Assembly: GCA_030704615.1 (NCBI GenBank)
Contig: CM060734.1
Span: 37,014,001-37,078,000 of the forward strand
Direction: 5' to 3'
Origin: Takakia lepidozioides
Taxonomy: Eukaryota > Plantae > Bryophyta
DNA length: 64,000 nt
The notes below the pieces were generated by a model that saw only the letters and a list, made by a program, of their open reading frames with translations, was not told where the DNA came from and ran no database searches. The position numbers and the translations under genes were made by a program. This document shows, in pieces, positions 63,749-64,000 of the stretch; position 1 is the first letter of the stretch, and each line of letters starts with the position of its first letter.

Positions 63749-64000
63749 TTCCCAACCTATAGTGACGGTTCTCAACCTATAATGACCGTTTCTATCGTAT
63801 AGTTACCGTTCCTATACTATGGTTATTGTTCCCAACCTATGTAGACGGTTCTTAACCTATAATCACCGTTTCTATCGTATAGTTGCCGTTCCTATCGTAC
63901 AGTTACTGTTCCCAACCTATGGTTACGGTTCTTAACCTATAATGACCGTTTCTATCGTATAGTTACCGTTCCTATACTATAGTTACTGTTCCCAACCTAT
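63749..64000. repeat. Tandem minisatellite: 20-bp monomers in an 80-bp higher-order unit, running off the window edge
   Basis: TTCCCAACCTATAGTGACGG|TTCTCAACCTATAATGACCG|TTTCTATCGTATAGTTACCG|TTCCTATACTATGGTTATTG repeated about three times. Confidence 0.92.

Noticed and set aside
63749-64000. CRISPR-like array
   Set aside because: Contiguous tandem monomers with no unique spacers, eukaryotic context and no cas genes.

Overview
Eukaryotic land-plant nuclear DNA, most likely from a non-seed plant (inferred from the very homogeneous L-S-P PPR-DYW gene and a half-tRNA-primed Copia). It contains three co-oriented 11-exon ABCG half-transporter genes: an ABCG3-like gene with a heavily degenerate ATPase domain (6584-11804), a canonical ABCG11-like gene (14700-21168), and a diverged ABCG11-like paralog lacking the H-switch His (52315-57711). 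An intronless PLS-E1-E2-DYW PPR RNA-editing-factor gene with variant HCE/EYW motifs lies on the minus strand (59222-62041). Between ABCG genes 2 and 3 is a ~25 kb nested transposon block. It includes a hAT-like element carrying a PPR fragment, a complete 5-kb Pack-CACTA (TIR CACTACAACAGAT, TSD ATA) carrying SEC13, EF-Tu and PPR fragments, and a Copia (TSD AAAGT, TG...TA LTR). The Copia contains a second, left-truncated Pack-CACTA with an inverted interior carrying SEC13, JmjC, MIRO, PPR and unknown exons. A 5'-truncated L1 LINE with a 10-bp TSD ends the block. Also present: a foldback Tc1/mariner-type MITE, a 20/80-bp higher-order tandem repeat at the right edge, and two decayed ORFs of unknown identity. 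Gene models were read by eye from GT-AG sites and protein similarity recalled from memory; no database search was run.
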